Counted from the stretch's first letter, positions 48,362-59,123 are shown. The stretch is 64,000 nt of DNA from Clostridiales bacterium (GCA_019420275.1 JAHZHN010000012.1:521-64520), one strand, 5' to 3'. The notes: generated from the sequence alone by a model not told the origin. Numbers and translations: made by a program.

Positions 48362-49117
48362 TCACCTTTCAATCAGGCAATTCTCATATTGTATTCCAAT
48401 CAAAGTAAGACCTTTGGCTGGAAGCTTTGGCCCTACAGGAACTCTTTCTTCTGATTCCAGAATTTCTTTTATCCACTGTGGTTCTTTTTTCCCTCTTCCA
48501 ACCTCCAGCAAAGTCCCTGCCATCAGCCGCACCATATTATAAAGGAAACCACTTCCAGTTACCCGCATAGTAATATACTTTCCCTGCTGCATGATATCAC
48601 AAGAATAAATCTTTCTGATATAAGACGTCACCTGCGCACGGCTGCTGCACAGACTGACAAAGCAGTGCTCTCCTAAAAAATACCGGGCAGCTTCTTTCAT
48701 TTTTTCCACATCCAGCGGAACATATACAAAATGGTGATACCTTCGGGTAATCGGATTATCGTACGGCGCATTGTAAAACCGATATTCATATGTTTTCTTT
48801 GTGTCCTGAAATCTGGGATGAAAATCCGACGGTACTTCTCTGGAAGACTGGATGATAATATCCTCTGGAAGTCTTGCATTTAAAGCCTGTGCCATCCGCT
48901 CTCCCGGTATCCGGCTTTCTGTATCAAAAACCGCCACATTTCCAAGGGCATGTACGCCGGAATCCGTTCTGCTGGCCCCAATTACCTTAATTTCTTCTCC
49001 CAGCAGCTGTGTCAGATTGTCATTTAATACCTTTTCTATGGTAATATCTTTGGGCTGGATCTGCCAGCCACAGTAATTTGTTCCATCATAAGCTACTTCT
49101 AACTTAATTCGTTTCAT
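48362..49117 (-). CDS. truA: tRNA pseudouridine(38-40) synthase
   Basis: YDGT.Y.GWQ, SRTDSGVHA, GFLYNMVR. Confidence 0.96.
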   Translation of the reverse strand: MKRIKLEVAYDGTNYCGWQIQPKDITIEKVLNDNLTQLLGEEIKVIGASRTDSGVHALGNVAVFDTESRIPGERMAQALNARLPEDIIIQSSREVPSDFHPRFQDTKKTYEYRFYNAPYDNPITRRYHHFVYVPLDVEKMKEAARYFLGEHCFVSLCSSRAQVTSYIRKIYSCDIMQQGKYITMRVTGSGFLYNMVRLMAGTLLEVGRGKKEPQWIKEILESEERVPVGPKLPAKGLTLIGIQYENCLIER

Positions 49118-49120
49118 TTC

Positions 49121-49933
49121 TCATCTCCATGGACTATAAAAACTCAAATAAATCATCCAGATCGTAAATACGATCAGAACAGCATAGGCTGCCAAATCTC
49201 TTTTCTTATAAATCAGAGGTCTCAATTTCGTTCTTCCCTCACCGCCATGATAACATCTTGACTCCATCGCCATGGCAAGATCATTGGCCCGGCGAACGGC
49301 TGCAATAAATAAAGGGACAACAATTGGCACCATGCTCTTGACCCTCTTAAAAAGCCCTCCAGATTCAAAATCAATTCCTCTTGCAGTCTGGGCTTTCATA
49401 ATCTTATCCAATTCTTCCGTAAGAACAGGAATAAATCGAAGCGCAATGGACATGATCATTGCCATAACATGAACCGGTATCTTTACTCTGTTCAAAAATC
49501 CTAAGGATTTTTCCAAACCATCAGTTAATTGATTTGGTGTTGTAGTGAATGTCAGCAGTGAAGTTCCCAGCACCAGCATAATCAGTCTGGTTCCCAGGTA
49601 AAAAGCAGTCTTAAGACCTTCATCTGTAATTCGGATCCATCTGGTATCAATGACTGCTCGTCCCTCTTCGATAAAAAGCATATTGATCAATACCGAAAAA
49701 ATCAAAATCACCGCAATTGCCCGAAGTCCTTTTATAATGTAGGAAACCGGCACTTTTGAAATCCCAATGACGGCAATCAGAAAAATAAGGGACATCACAT
49801 AATTCACGGGTGATTTATGCAGAAACAAAGTAACCACATACACAAGAGTCCCAAATAGTTTGACCCTTGGATCCAGCCGATGAAGCAGTGAATCTGCCCT
49901 GTAATATTGTCCTATCGTAATGTCTCTAAGCAT
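49121..49933 (-). CDS. ecfT: Shared ECF transporter T component
   Basis: LDPRVK, ALRFIP, AQTARG, AMESRCY. Confidence 0.94.
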   Translation of the reverse strand: MLRDITIGQYYRADSLLHRLDPRVKLFGTLVYVVTLFLHKSPVNYVMSLIFLIAVIGISKVPVSYIIKGLRAIAVILIFSVLINMLFIEEGRAVIDTRWIRITDEGLKTAFYLGTRLIMLVLGTSLLTFTTTPNQLTDGLEKSLGFLNRVKIPVHVMAMIMSIALRFIPVLTEELDKIMKAQTARGIDFESGGLFKRVKSMVPIVVPLFIAAVRRANDLAMAMESRCYHGGEGRTKLRPLIYKKRDLAAYAVLIVFTIWMIYLSFYSPWR

Positions 49934-50789
49934 TGTTTCGCTTCTTTCTTAAAATATCTATAATTGCGTCTTTCGTTTCTTCCAGAGTCAGTACATCTTC
50001 CCGAATCATAAATCCTCGTTCTCGCAGTTCTTGCGCCAAAGACCGATAAAACGGAATGGATAAACCAACCTCTCTTAGTTCTTTCTCATGAGAAAACACT
50101 TCTCTTTTATCACCATCATATAAAATCTTTCCATGGCTCATAACAACCACTCGGTCTGCACAGGCTGCCACATCTTCCATACTATGGGATACAAGGATAA
50201 CAGCAATTCCTTTCTTCTCATGCAGCTCTTTCAAAAGATTTAAAATCTGATCTCTTCCTGCCGGATCTAATCCTGCTGTCGGCTCATCCAGCACAAAATA
50301 TTCGGGCTCCATAGCTAGAATTCCTGCAATCGCAGCCCTTCTCCTTTGCCCTCCGGACAATTCAAACGGAGATTTATGAAAAATACTTTCTTCGATGCCC
50401 ACATCCAAAAGGGCCCTGCGGGATATCTCTTCGGCTTCTTCCCTCGTCTTTCCAAAATTCATTGGGCCAAAACACACATCATCCAATACCGTAACTTCAA
50501 ACAATTGGTATTCCGGATATTGGAAACAGACACCAACTTTCCCTCTCAGTTCCCGAAGGGGAAATCCTTCTTCAAAAATATCCTGATCATTATAAAAGAT
50601 TTTTCCTCCGGAAGGTTTGAGCAGTCCATTCAGATGCTGAAGCAGTGTTGATTTTCCAGATCCCGTATGTCCGACAATTCCAACAAATTCGCCTTTCTTA
50701 ATCTCCAGCTTGATATTTTTTAAAGCATAACTTTTTTCTTTTGTATTTTCATCATATTTATAACTGACATTTTCTAAACGAATCGACAT
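49926..50789 (-). CDS. ecfA2: ECF transporter ATPase A2
   Basis: GHTGSGKST, FQYPEYQLF, SPFELSGGQ. Confidence 0.94.
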   Translation of the reverse strand: MSIRLENVSYKYDENTKEKSYALKNIKLEIKKGEFVGIVGHTGSGKSTLLQHLNGLLKPSGGKIFYNDQDIFEEGFPLRELRGKVGVCFQYPEYQLFEVTVLDDVCFGPMNFGKTREEAEEISRRALLDVGIEESIFHKSPFELSGGQRRRAAIAGILAMEPEYFVLDEPTAGLDPAGRDQILNLLKELHEKKGIAVILVSHSMEDVAACADRVVVMSHGKILYDGDKREVFSHEKELREVGLSIPFYRSLAQELRERGFMIREDVLTLEETKDAIIDILRKKRNNA

Positions 50790-51622
50790 AATTCTTCCAC
50801 CAGCTCTTCCTTCGTTATAATCTGATCCTTCAAGGGAATCCCTTCTTTTCGCAGTTCATAGGCCAGTTCTGCCGCAGGCGGAACTTCCAATCCAATCTCT
50901 TTCAGCATTTCTACCTGAGAAAAAACTTCCTTCGGAGTTCCATCTGCTGCTATCTTTCCTTTCTTCATTACAATGACCCGGTCTGCCAGAAGGACTTCTT
51001 CCATATGATGAGTAACCATAAGAATCGTGATATGTTTTTCCTGATTGAGTTCTTTTACCAGTGATAAGACATGATGCCGTCCCTGCGGATCCAGCATTGC
51101 CGTTGGTTCATCCAGGATGATGCATTCCGGTTCCATTGCCATGATTCCTGCAATCGCAATCCGCTGTTTCTGGCCTCCGGATAAACGATTGGGACTCGCT
51201 TCTTTATAAGCGGTCATTCCCACATCTTCCAGAGCCTTGGTAACTCTTCTCCATATATCCTCCGTGGGACGCCCCATATTTTCCGGTCCAAATGCTACAT
51301 CTTCATCCACAACCGCTCCGACAATCTGATTATCGGGATTCTGAAATACAATGCCGGCGCTCTGTCGAATCTTTAAAATCTGTTTCTGATCTCTGGTATC
51401 CATCCCTTTCACATAGACAGCCCCCTCTGACGGCAGGAGCAGTCCATTGATATGCTTTGCAAGAGATGATTTTCCAGAACCATTTCTTCCAAGAATTGCT
51501 ATAAATTCTCCTTTTTCCACAGAGAAGCTGATATCATCAATTGCACGGATTTCCTGGGTTTCTTCTGTATCATCATATGTCATATATTTATGGATCAAAT
51601 TTTTTATATTTAAAATCGGCAT
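50774..51622 (-). CDS. ecfA1: ECF transporter ATPase A1
   Basis: GRNGSGKS, FQNPDNQ, LSGGQKQR. Confidence 0.94.
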   Translation of the reverse strand: MPILNIKNLIHKYMTYDDTEETQEIRAIDDISFSVEKGEFIAILGRNGSGKSSLAKHINGLLLPSEGAVYVKGMDTRDQKQILKIRQSAGIVFQNPDNQIVGAVVDEDVAFGPENMGRPTEDIWRRVTKALEDVGMTAYKEASPNRLSGGQKQRIAIAGIMAMEPECIILDEPTAMLDPQGRHHVLSLVKELNQEKHITILMVTHHMEEVLLADRVIVMKKGKIAADGTPKEVFSQVEMLKEIGLEVPPAAELAYELRKEGIPLKDQIITKEELVEELCRFV

Positions 51623-51766
51623 AAAATTCTCCTTAACTCATTGGGTTCTATTATAGCAAGAAGAAGTTTTTGAAGCAAGTCATCAGCCTGCAGAAGCTGT
51701 ATCTCCTTTTATCAATTTCCCCTGAAGATTCATACTCCATATTGGGGCAGCTTAAAGCAATACAAA

Positions 51767-51795
51767 AAGAGTACTCCAGATTCTGGAATACTCTT
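51767..51795 (-). terminator. Terminator of the alpha operon
   Basis: AAGAGTACTCCAGA-T-TCTGGAATACTCTT with U tract on the minus strand. Confidence 0.8.
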
Positions 51796-51838
51796 ATGTG
51801 TTGTCGATTTGGAATTTTCAATTTATTTTGTATTGGCC

Positions 51839-51888
51839 GCACTAAGCGCTTGCTCCGCTGACGCCGGCATTCGTTCAGTGCTTAATGC
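51839..51888 (-). other. Structured 3'-UTR hairpin element, copy 1 (after rplQ)
   Basis: UAG-GCAUUAA-GCACUGAACG...CGCUUAGUGC; similar to the element after rpsH. Confidence 0.5.
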
Positions 51889-52425
51889 CTATACTAACTC
51901 AAGTAATACTTCTAATGCTCCATCACCTTTACGCTGAGCAATCTTTACGATTCTTGTATATCCACCATTGCGGTCAGCATATTTTGGTGCGTACTCATCA
52001 AATAATTTCTGAGTTAAATCTACTTTCTTTGTATTGGCTTTTTTGCCAGCTGCATCTGTTGGAACTTCCGTTACAGGATATAATACTTTCAGCATCTGTC
52101 TTCTTGCATGGAGACGAGACGGCATATCTTTTTTGATTTCTTTCTGAACAGTCTCATATACTGTGACTTTCTTTCCGTCTACAACTTCTTTTACGCGTTT
52201 TCCGTTTTCATCTTTTTTCGCAACTTTTGCATCAACTGTTACAGTCTCAAAGTTGTCTTTTTCTCTTACAGCCAGAGCAATCAGCTTTTCAGCAACCTTG
52301 CGGATTTCTTTTGCTTTTGCTTCTGTTGTAATAATCTTTCCATAATGAAGCAGATTTGTAACCTCTGCACGGATTAATGCTTTTCTCTGAGAAGAAGTTC
52401 TTCCCAATTTTCTATATTTTGCCAT
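51889..52425 (-). CDS. rplQ: 50S ribosomal protein L17 (with internal insertions)
   Basis: RKLGRTSSQRKA, I.TT.AKAKE, R.GGYTRIVK...RKGD. Confidence 0.96.
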   Translation of the reverse strand: MAKYRKLGRTSSQRKALIRAEVTNLLHYGKIITTEAKAKEIRKVAEKLIALAVREKDNFETVTVDAKVAKKDENGKRVKEVVDGKKVTVYETVQKEIKKDMPSRLHARRQMLKVLYPVTEVPTDAAGKKANTKKVDLTQKLFDEYAPKYADRNGGYTRIVKIAQRKGDGALEVLLELV

Positions 52426-52510
52426 TTTAAATTTGACCTCCTGTGATTTTTCGCCTTGCCTACTTCTTCCTTCAGCCTAGGCGGGTCTCTCTCTTGTTAT
52501 CTTGTTAATA

Positions 52511-53467
52511 TTATTCATCTCCTGAACTTAAGGATAATCCCAGTTCATTCAATTTTGCCAGAACTTCTTCCAAGGATTTGCGTCCAAGGTTACGGACTTT
52601 CATCATATCCTCAGAAGTCTTATTTGTCAGTTCTTCCACCGTATTGATTCCTGCCCTCTTCAGACAGTTGTAAGAACGGACAGATAATTCCAGCTCATCA
52701 ATGCTCATCTCAAGAACTTTTTCCTTCTCGTCATCTTCTTTTTCTACCATAACTTCTGCTGTCTTGGCATTTTCAGAAAGATCTACGAATAAGTTAAGAT
52801 GTTCGCATAATACTTTTGCTGCTAAACTAACAGATTCATCCGGTGTCAGAGTTCCGTTTGTAAAGACATCCAATGTCAGTTTATCATAATCTGTGATCTG
52901 TCCGACACGAGTATTCTCTACTTTTAGATTGACACGCTCTACCGGTGTATAGATGGCATCTACTGCAATCTCATCAATTGCTTTGCCTTCCTTATCCGCT
53001 TTGTCTGCACCTACATATCCGCGGCCTTTTGTGATCGTCATTTCCATATCCAGCTTGCTGCTCTCATCACTTAATGTCGCAATGACCTGATCTGGATTTA
53101 AAATTTCGATGTCACTGTCTGCCTTGATATCTCCCGCAGTCACAACACCTCTTCCAGTAAATTCAATATAAGCCTGCTTTGGTTCATTAGATGAACTGTT
53201 GTTTTTAATTGCCAGTGATTTGATGTTCATGATGATTTCCGGCACATCTTCCTTAACACCTGGAATTGAGCTGAATTCATGAAGAACACCTTTAATTTTT
53301 ACGGAACTTACTGCTGCGCCCGGAAGGGAAGACAGCATGATACGTCTCAGAGAATTGCCCAGAGTTGTACCATATCCTCTTTCCAACGGTTCCACAACAA
53401 AACGTCCAAAACGATTATCTTCTGAAATCTCACTAATCTCAATATTTGGTTTTTCAAATTCAAACAT
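52511..53467 (-). CDS. rpoA: RNA polymerase alpha subunit
   Basis: [31 protein letters not shown]. Confidence 0.99.
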   Translation of the reverse strand: MFEFEKPNIEISEISEDNRFGRFVVEPLERGYGTTLGNSLRRIMLSSLPGAAVSSVKIKGVLHEFSSIPGVKEDVPEIIMNIKSLAIKNNSSSNEPKQAYIEFTGRGVVTAGDIKADSDIEILNPDQVIATLSDESSKLDMEMTITKGRGYVGADKADKEGKAIDEIAVDAIYTPVERVNLKVENTRVGQITDYDKLTLDVFTNGTLTPDESVSLAAKVLCEHLNLFVDLSENAKTAEVMVEKEDDEKEKVLEMSIDELELSVRSYNCLKRAGINTVEELTNKTSEDMMKVRNLGRKSLEEVLAKLNELGLSLSSGDE

Positions 53468-53506
53468 ATTGGCCCTCCTTCTGGCTTAGGATTTAATTGA
53501 GGGTTA

Positions 53507-54100
53507 TTATTTAGAATATAACTCGACGATCAATGTTTCATTAACTGGTACGTCAATTTCATCTCTTGTCGGAAGCTCTTTTACAGTTCCTGTAAAGTTC
53601 TCATGATCAGCCTCTAACCAAGCCGGAACCATTCTTCCATCTGTGATTTCTAAGATTTCTTTATATCTTGGAGAGTTTCTATGTTTTTCTTTGATTTCGA
53701 TCACATCTCCGACTTTAACCTGATAAGACGGGATATTTACCTGTTTTCCGTTTACTAATACATGCTTATGTCCGACAATCTGTCTGCATTCTTTTCTTGT
53801 TCTTCCATATCCAAGGCGGAACAATACATTATCCAGACGAAGTTCCAGAAGCATCATCAGGTTTGTACCAGCCTGACCTTTCATTCTTTCAGCCTTTGTA
53901 TAGTAGTTTCTGAAAGGTTTTTCCAGTACGCCGTAGATAAACTTAGCTTTCTGTTTTTCTGTCAGCTGAAGGGCATATCCGCTCTTCTTTCTGTTTGCTC
54001 TTGTTAAAGATCTATTTGATTTTTTATCAATTCCTAAAAAGACCGGATCTAAACCTAAGGATCTGCATCTCTTTAAGACTGGAGTTCTATCAATTGCCAT
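53507..54100 (-). CDS. rpsD: 30S ribosomal protein S4
   Basis: QL.EKQK, LE.RLDNV.FRLG, VNIPSY.V, IVELYSK. Confidence 0.98.
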   Translation of the reverse strand: MAIDRTPVLKRCRSLGLDPVFLGIDKKSNRSLTRANRKKSGYALQLTEKQKAKFIYGVLEKPFRNYYTKAERMKGQAGTNLMMLLELRLDNVLFRLGYGRTRKECRQIVGHKHVLVNGKQVNIPSYQVKVGDVIEIKEKHRNSPRYKEILEITDGRMVPAWLEADHENFTGTVKELPTRDEIDVPVNETLIVELYSK

Positions 54101-54119
54101 CTTTTCATATCCTCCTAAA

Positions 54120-54512
54120 TTAAACTCTTCTGCGTTTTGGTGGGCGACATCCGTTATGTGGAACAGGAGTTACGTCACGAATGCTTGTAACTTCAAGTCC
54201 AGCTGCTGATAAAGCACGAATTGCTGCTTCTCTTCCTGATCCAGGACCTTTTACCATAACGTCTACTGTTTTCAGACCATGCACTAATGCTGCTTTTGTA
54301 GCTGTCTCAGCTGCCATCTGAGCTGCATATGGTGTAGATTTTTTAGATCCTCTGAATCCCAATCCACCAGCACTTGCCCAAGAAAGAGCATTTCCCTGTG
54401 CATCTGTTAATGTAACGATTGTATTATTAAAAGATGACTGAATATGTGCCTGTCCGTGCTGTACATTCTTTTTCACACGTTTTTTTGCACTTTTCTTTGT
54501 AACTTTAGCCAT
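54120..54512 (-). CDS. rpsK: 30S ribosomal protein S11
   Basis: [34 protein letters not shown]. Confidence 0.99.
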   Translation of the reverse strand: MAKVTKKSAKKRVKKNVQHGQAHIQSSFNNTIVTLTDAQGNALSWASAGGLGFRGSKKSTPYAAQMAAETATKAALVHGLKTVDVMVKGPGSGREAAIRALSAAGLEVTSIRDVTPVPHNGCRPPKRRRV

Positions 54513-54624
54513 AATTACATATACCTTTCTTTCTTCATTTCGATTTCCAAAAAGTTTCAGGCAATAAGAAATATCTTATGCTGCACTGCCCATGCATCCG
54601 GGCGTATCATGCCGCAGCCTGCTG

Positions 54625-54993
54625 TTATTTCTTCTTGTTTGCTACTGTCTTCTTTGGACCTTTACGTGTTCTTGCGTTTGTCTTAGTTTTCTGTCCACGG
54701 CAAGGCAGTCCCTGTCTGTGGCGTTTTCCTCTATAACATCCAATTTCTTTTAATCTCTTAATATTAAGAGCGATTTCTCTTCTTAAATCACCTTCTACAA
54801 CCTGTGTTTCGTTGATCACTGCGCTCAGTCTTTTTACTTCATCATCAGTCAGATCACGAACACGAGTATCAGGATCTACATTTGCCTCTGCCAAAATACG
54901 TTTAGAGCTGGACAGACCAATTCCATAAATGTAAGTAAGACCAATCTCTACACGCTTCTCTCTTGGTAAATCAACACCTGAAATACGAGCCAT
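54625..54993 (-). CDS. rpsM: 30S ribosomal protein S13
   Basis: [30 protein letters not shown]. Confidence 0.99.
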   Translation of the reverse strand: MARISGVDLPREKRVEIGLTYIYGIGLSSSKRILAEANVDPDTRVRDLTDDEVKRLSAVINETQVVEGDLRREIALNIKRLKEIGCYRGKRHRQGLPCRGQKTKTNARTRKGPKKTVANKKK

Positions 54994-55029
54994 GTTTTTT
55001 CTTCCTCCAAAAAATAATTCTCTAAGTTG

Positions 55030-55250
55030 TTCCTTAAGTTCGATCCATATATCCGCGTACGGTGAAATGACATATATGTCTCTCCCTTAATCATATTTCT
55101 ATCTATAAATAATCAGTATGAGCAGTACCCACCTCATACTGCAGCCGCTAAAATCATACTGTCAGCAGAACTTCTGCTGCAGTTTCTCCGTATGTCAAAT
55201 GACATACAAATAGACGCACAAAGGCAAGGACCCTTTGCTTTCTCAAAAAA
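55030..55250 (-). other. Multi-hairpin intergenic leader upstream of rpsM (candidate r-protein leader)
   Basis: Perfect inverted repeats at 55114-55141, 55163-55179 and 55190-55207. Confidence 0.45.
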
Positions 55251-55258
55251 GGAGCAAA

Positions 55259-55372
55259 TTATCCCTGTCTCTGTTTGTGCTTTGGATTCTCACAGATTAC
55301 TCTGACAGAACCTTTTCTCTTAATAACCTTGCATTTTTCGCAAATTGGTTTTACTGATGCTCTAACCTTCAC
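55259..55372 (-). CDS. rpmJ: 50S ribosomal protein L36 (Zn-binding type)
   Basis: Manual translation (GTG start after AAGGAG): [37 protein letters not shown]; below the ORF-track cutoff. Confidence 0.97.
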   Translation of the reverse strand: MKVRASVKPICEKCKVIKRKGSVRVICENPKHKQRQG

Positions 55373-55405
55373 TTGAATTCTCCTTTCAAAAAACGTTCGG
55401 ATACA

Positions 55406-55434
55406 ATTATATCATCATGTTTTCAATTTTTCAA
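55406..55434 (-). promoter_or_regulatory. Internal sigma-A promoter for rpmJ and the alpha operon
   Basis: TTGAAA-N17-TATAAT with extended TG. Confidence 0.75.
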
Positions 55435-55441
55435 GAGTTTT

Positions 55442-55660
55442 TTACTTATCTCTCCAGATAATTCTTCCTTTAGATAAATCATACGGGGATAATGCCAGTG
55501 TTACCTTATCTCCCGGAAGGATCTTGATATAATTCATACGAAGTTTTCCGCTGATATGGGCAAGAATCACATGCCCGCCTTCAATCTCAACCTTAAACAT
55601 CGCATTCGGAAGTTTTTCCAATACAACTCCTTCTACTTCAATTGCTTCTGATTTTGACAT
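55442..55660 (-). CDS. infA: Translation initiation factor IF-1
   Basis: LPNAMF.V, HISGKLR, GD.V..LSPYDL.KGRI. Confidence 0.98.
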   Translation of the reverse strand: MSKSEAIEVEGVVLEKLPNAMFKVEIEGGHVILAHISGKLRMNYIKILPGDKVTLALSPYDLSKGRIIWRDK

Positions 55661-55663
55661 TTC

Positions 55664-56428
55664 TTAATCCTCCTTATCAGATAATGTTAATATTTCATAT
55701 CCATCTTCTGTGATCGCAATTGTATTTTCATAATGAGCAGACAGGCTTCCGTCTGCTGTTACAACAGTCCAGTCATCATCCAGCCATTCAACTTCAAAAG
55801 TACCTTCATTTACCATTGGCTCAATAGCAAGCGTCATTCCCGGGCGCAGCTTCATTCCCTTCCGCCTTTCTTTAAAATTAGGAATCTGCGGATCCTCATG
55901 AAGATGTGTTCCGATTCCATGACCAACCAAATCTCTTACAATAGAAAAGCCATTGCTCTCCACATGATTCTGTATCGCTTCCGATATATCAAAAAGATGA
56001 TTTCCAGGCTGTGCCAGTTTTATACCTTCAAAAAAACTTTCCTTCGTAATTCGGATCAGTCTGGCTGCCTCATCAGATATCTTTCCAACTCCATAAGTTC
56101 TTGCCGCATCGGAATGATATCCTTCATAAATCAAGCCCGCATCCAGACTTACGATGTCGCCTTCCTGCAAAATACGGTTCTTTTTTGGTATACCGTGAAC
56201 GACCTCATCGTTCACAGATACACAGATGGATGCTGGATATCCGTTATAGTTTAAAAAATTCGGAATACATCCGTATGCACGGATCGCTTTCTCTCCAAAC
56301 TGATCGATTTCCAAAGTGGAAATCCCTGGCCGAATAATTTCGGCCAGCTGATTATGAACATCTTCCAGTCTTTTTCCTGCTTCACGCATCAACTGGATTT
56401 CGTGCTTTGATTTAATTGTCACTGCCAT
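55664..56428 (-). CDS. map: Methionine aminopeptidase type I
   Basis: SVNDEVVHGIP, DAG, SD.ART, GHGIG..LHEDP, IEPM, AHYENT. Confidence 0.97.
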   Translation of the reverse strand: MAVTIKSKHEIQLMREAGKRLEDVHNQLAEIIRPGISTLEIDQFGEKAIRAYGCIPNFLNYNGYPASICVSVNDEVVHGIPKKNRILQEGDIVSLDAGLIYEGYHSDAARTYGVGKISDEAARLIRITKESFFEGIKLAQPGNHLFDISEAIQNHVESNGFSIVRDLVGHGIGTHLHEDPQIPNFKERRKGMKLRPGMTLAIEPMVNEGTFEVEWLDDDWTVVTADGSLSAHYENTIAITEDGYEILTLSDKED

Positions 56429-56431
56429 ATC

Positions 56432-57076
56432 TTATGCTCCCAAAATGGATTTGATTTCCTTAAATACTATATCAATATCTTGTGTTCCGTCTACTTCATA
56501 TAAAGAACCTGCTGTCTTATAATGATCGATCAGCGGAGCTGTCTGATCATGATAAACTTCCAAACGTTTTTTCACTGTTTCTTCCTTATCATCATCACGA
56601 AGGACTAATTCTCCGCCGCATACATCACAGCAGCCTTCTTTTTTAGGAGGATTATATTCGACATGGAAAATTGCACCGCAGTCTTTGCAGGAACGGCGTC
56701 CTGCCATTCTTCTGATAATGTTTTCATCAGGAACTTCTACATCGATTGCATATTCAATTGCTTCTCCGTGTTTTGCAAGTGCCTGATCAAGGGCATCTGC
56801 CTGAGGGATCGTCCTTGGGAATCCATCTAAAATAAATCCCTTCTCACAGTCATCTTTTTGAATTCGATCAACTACCAGATCACATACCAGTTCGTCCGGA
56901 ACCAACAGTCCCTGATCCATATATTCCTGTGCTTTCTTTCCTAACTCTGTGCCTTCCTTGATGTTGGCACGAAATATATCGCCTGTAGAAATATGCGGAA
57001 TGCCATATTCCTTTGCAATCTGTTTTGCCTGTGTTCCTTTTCCGGCTCCCGGTGCTCCCAACATAATAATTTTCAT
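56432..57076 (-). CDS. adk: Adenylate kinase
   Basis: GAPGAGKGTQA, STGDIFR, LDGFPR, Zn-LID; start at ATG 57076. Confidence 0.98.
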   Translation of the reverse strand: MKIIMLGAPGAGKGTQAKQIAKEYGIPHISTGDIFRANIKEGTELGKKAQEYMDQGLLVPDELVCDLVVDRIQKDDCEKGFILDGFPRTIPQADALDQALAKHGEAIEYAIDVEVPDENIIRRMAGRRSCKDCGAIFHVEYNPPKKEGCCDVCGGELVLRDDDKEETVKKRLEVYHDQTAPLIDHYKTAGSLYEVDGTQDIDIVFKEIKSILGA

Positions 57077-57137
57077 GTGACAAATCCTCCTTTCAATCAC
57101 AAATAAGCTGTAGTGAAACTACAGCTTATCTTAACAC

Positions 57138-58454
57138 TTACTCGCTTAAAAAACCAGAATAATTCTGTACCAACAATTGTGATTTTATCTGCTTGATGGT
57201 TTCTAGAATAACTCCTACAACGATGATGATGGATGTTCCTCCAAACGAAACGCTGGCACCAAATACACCATTAAAGAAAAATGGTACCACTGCAACAATT
57301 GTCAGTCCTGCAGCCCCAATAAAAATAATATATTTTAATATCTTATTCAAGTAATCAACGGTAGGTTTTCCTGGTCGGATTCCTGGAATAAAGCCTCCTT
57401 GTTTTTTCATGTTATTAGATATTTCCAGAGGATTAAATGTAATCGACGTATAGAAATATGCAAACATCACTACCAAGACAATATAGATCAAAAGACCCAG
57501 TGTCCTTTTTGGATGAGAGGCATCAAACCAGGTAGATGAATTTAAACTTGTTAATACCTTTCCAAAAAATCCGTCATTATTATAATTAAACAGATTCTGC
57601 AGCATAATCGGGAACTGCATAATGGAAGAAGCGAAAATGATTGGCATGACTCCTGCGGTATTAACTTTCAAAGGAATATAGCTGGACTGTCCTCCCACCA
57701 GCCTTCTTCCCTGTATTTTTTTCGAATACTGTACCGGAATATGTCTTTCACCGTCTGACAAGATAACAACAAAAATGACCATTGCCAGAACGACTGCTAC
57801 GATTACTACACCTGCAAGGACTGCAGGTCCAATCTTTTTCCCTGAAATAAATTGAGTATACAGGGAATAAAAATCACTTGGCATCCCGGAAACAATATTC
57901 ACAAGCAAAATAATGGAAATACCATTTCCAATTCCGCTTTCCGTAATTCTCTCACCCAGCCACATAACAAGCACGGCTCCTGCCGTCAGAGCAACTGTCA
58001 TAATGACAATGGTGAAATTCGTATAATCTAAGCCTAAGGCTCCTCTGTTTGCCAGCCCGATTGACAGGCCGCCGCCTTCAATCACTGCAAGGACGAGAGT
58101 TACATATCTTGTAATCTTCGCCATTCGCTTTCTTCCATCCTCGCCATCCTTCTGCATTTCCTCTAAAGCAGGAATTACGATGGTCATCAGCTGAATAATG
58201 ATGGATGCTGTGATATAAGGCGTTACACTCAACGCAAAAATAGACATCTGTGTAAAAGATCCGCCGGTAAAGGAATTCAAAAGACTAATAGAATCTCCTA
58301 ATACCATTTGCAGATAAAGACTAATCTGCGCGCTGTCAATCTCAGGTATCGGCAGCTGTGATCCAAAGCGCACAACAATTAATATCAGTATCGTAAATAT
58401 CAGCTTGTTTCTTAATTGCTTGTTTTTAAAAGCGCTGACTACAGCGTTTGCCAT
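57138..58454 (-). CDS. secY: Preprotein translocase SecY
   Basis: SIFAL.V.PYITASII, GIGNGIS, IPGIRPG, FGGTS. Confidence 0.98.
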   Translation of the reverse strand: MANAVVSAFKNKQLRNKLIFTILILIVVRFGSQLPIPEIDSAQISLYLQMVLGDSISLLNSFTGGSFTQMSIFALSVTPYITASIIIQLMTIVIPALEEMQKDGEDGRKRMAKITRYVTLVLAVIEGGGLSIGLANRGALGLDYTNFTIVIMTVALTAGAVLVMWLGERITESGIGNGISIILLVNIVSGMPSDFYSLYTQFISGKKIGPAVLAGVVIVAVVLAMVIFVVILSDGERHIPVQYSKKIQGRRLVGGQSSYIPLKVNTAGVMPIIFASSIMQFPIMLQNLFNYNNDGFFGKVLTSLNSSTWFDASHPKRTLGLLIYIVLVVMFAYFYTSITFNPLEISNNMKKQGGFIPGIRPGKPTVDYLNKILKYIIFIGAAGLTIVAVVPFFFNGVFGASVSFGGTSIIIVVGVILETIKQIKSQLLVQNYSGFLSE

Positions 58455-58455
58455 A

Positions 58456-58899
58456 TTAGATCACCTCTGCTTTTCCGCCCAGTGCTTCGATTTTTTCTTT
58501 CGCACTTGCGCTGAACGCATTTGCCTGTACATTCAGCTTTTTGGTTAACTCTCCATTTCCTAAGATTTTTACTCCATCTCTTGGATTCTTAACGATTCCT
58601 GCTTCAATCAGGGATGCAACTGTTACGTCAGCTCCATCTTCGAATCTTTCTAATACAGACAGGTTGATTCCAACGATTTCTTTAGAATTTCTGCATTTGA
58701 AACCTCTCTTTGGAATACGTCTGTAAAGCGGCATCTGTCCACCTTCAAATCCTGGTCTTACTCCACCGCCTGAACGAGCTTTCTGTCCTTTATGTCCTTT
58801 ACCTGCAGTTTTTCCATTTCCTGAACCATGTCCGCGGCCTCTTCTGAACGCGTCACTGTGTTTAGATCCTTCTGCAGGGCGTAAGTTTGATAATTCCAT
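58456..58899 (-). CDS. rplO: 50S ribosomal protein L15
   Basis: [28 protein letters not shown]; start at ATG 58899. Confidence 0.98.
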   Translation of the reverse strand: MELSNLRPAEGSKHSDAFRRGRGHGSGNGKTAGKGHKGQKARSGGGVRPGFEGGQMPLYRRIPKRGFKCRNSKEIVGINLSVLERFEDGADVTVASLIEAGIVKNPRDGVKILGNGELTKKLNVQANAFSASAKEKIEALGGKAEVI

Positions 58900-58927
58900 T
58901 CCTAAATACACCTCCTTGCCGGATATA

Positions 58928-59110
58928 CTAGATTTCTTCTACTTTAACTAAATGTTTTACCTGGTGAATCATTCCGCGTGTTGCTGCGTTATCCGGAAGT
59001 TCAACAGTTTTGTTCAGCTTCTTTAATCCTAAAGCTTCTACTGTTTTTCTGTGCTTCGGAATTGCACCAATCGTTGATTTCACTAATGTAATTTTTAATT
59101 TATCTGCCAT
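58928..59110 (-). CDS. rpmD: 50S ribosomal protein L30
   Basis: ITLVKS.IG, ALGL.K, GMI..V.HLV; spc operon position. Confidence 0.97.
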   Translation of the reverse strand: MADKLKITLVKSTIGAIPKHRKTVEALGLKKLNKTVELPDNAATRGMIHQVKHLVKVEEI

Positions 59111-59123
59111 TCTCGATTTCCTC

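Noticed and set aside
51651..51861. Two 63-aa ORFs between ecfA1 and rplQ
   Set aside because: They overlap the terminator, hairpin and promoter region and lack an RBS or recognisable motifs.
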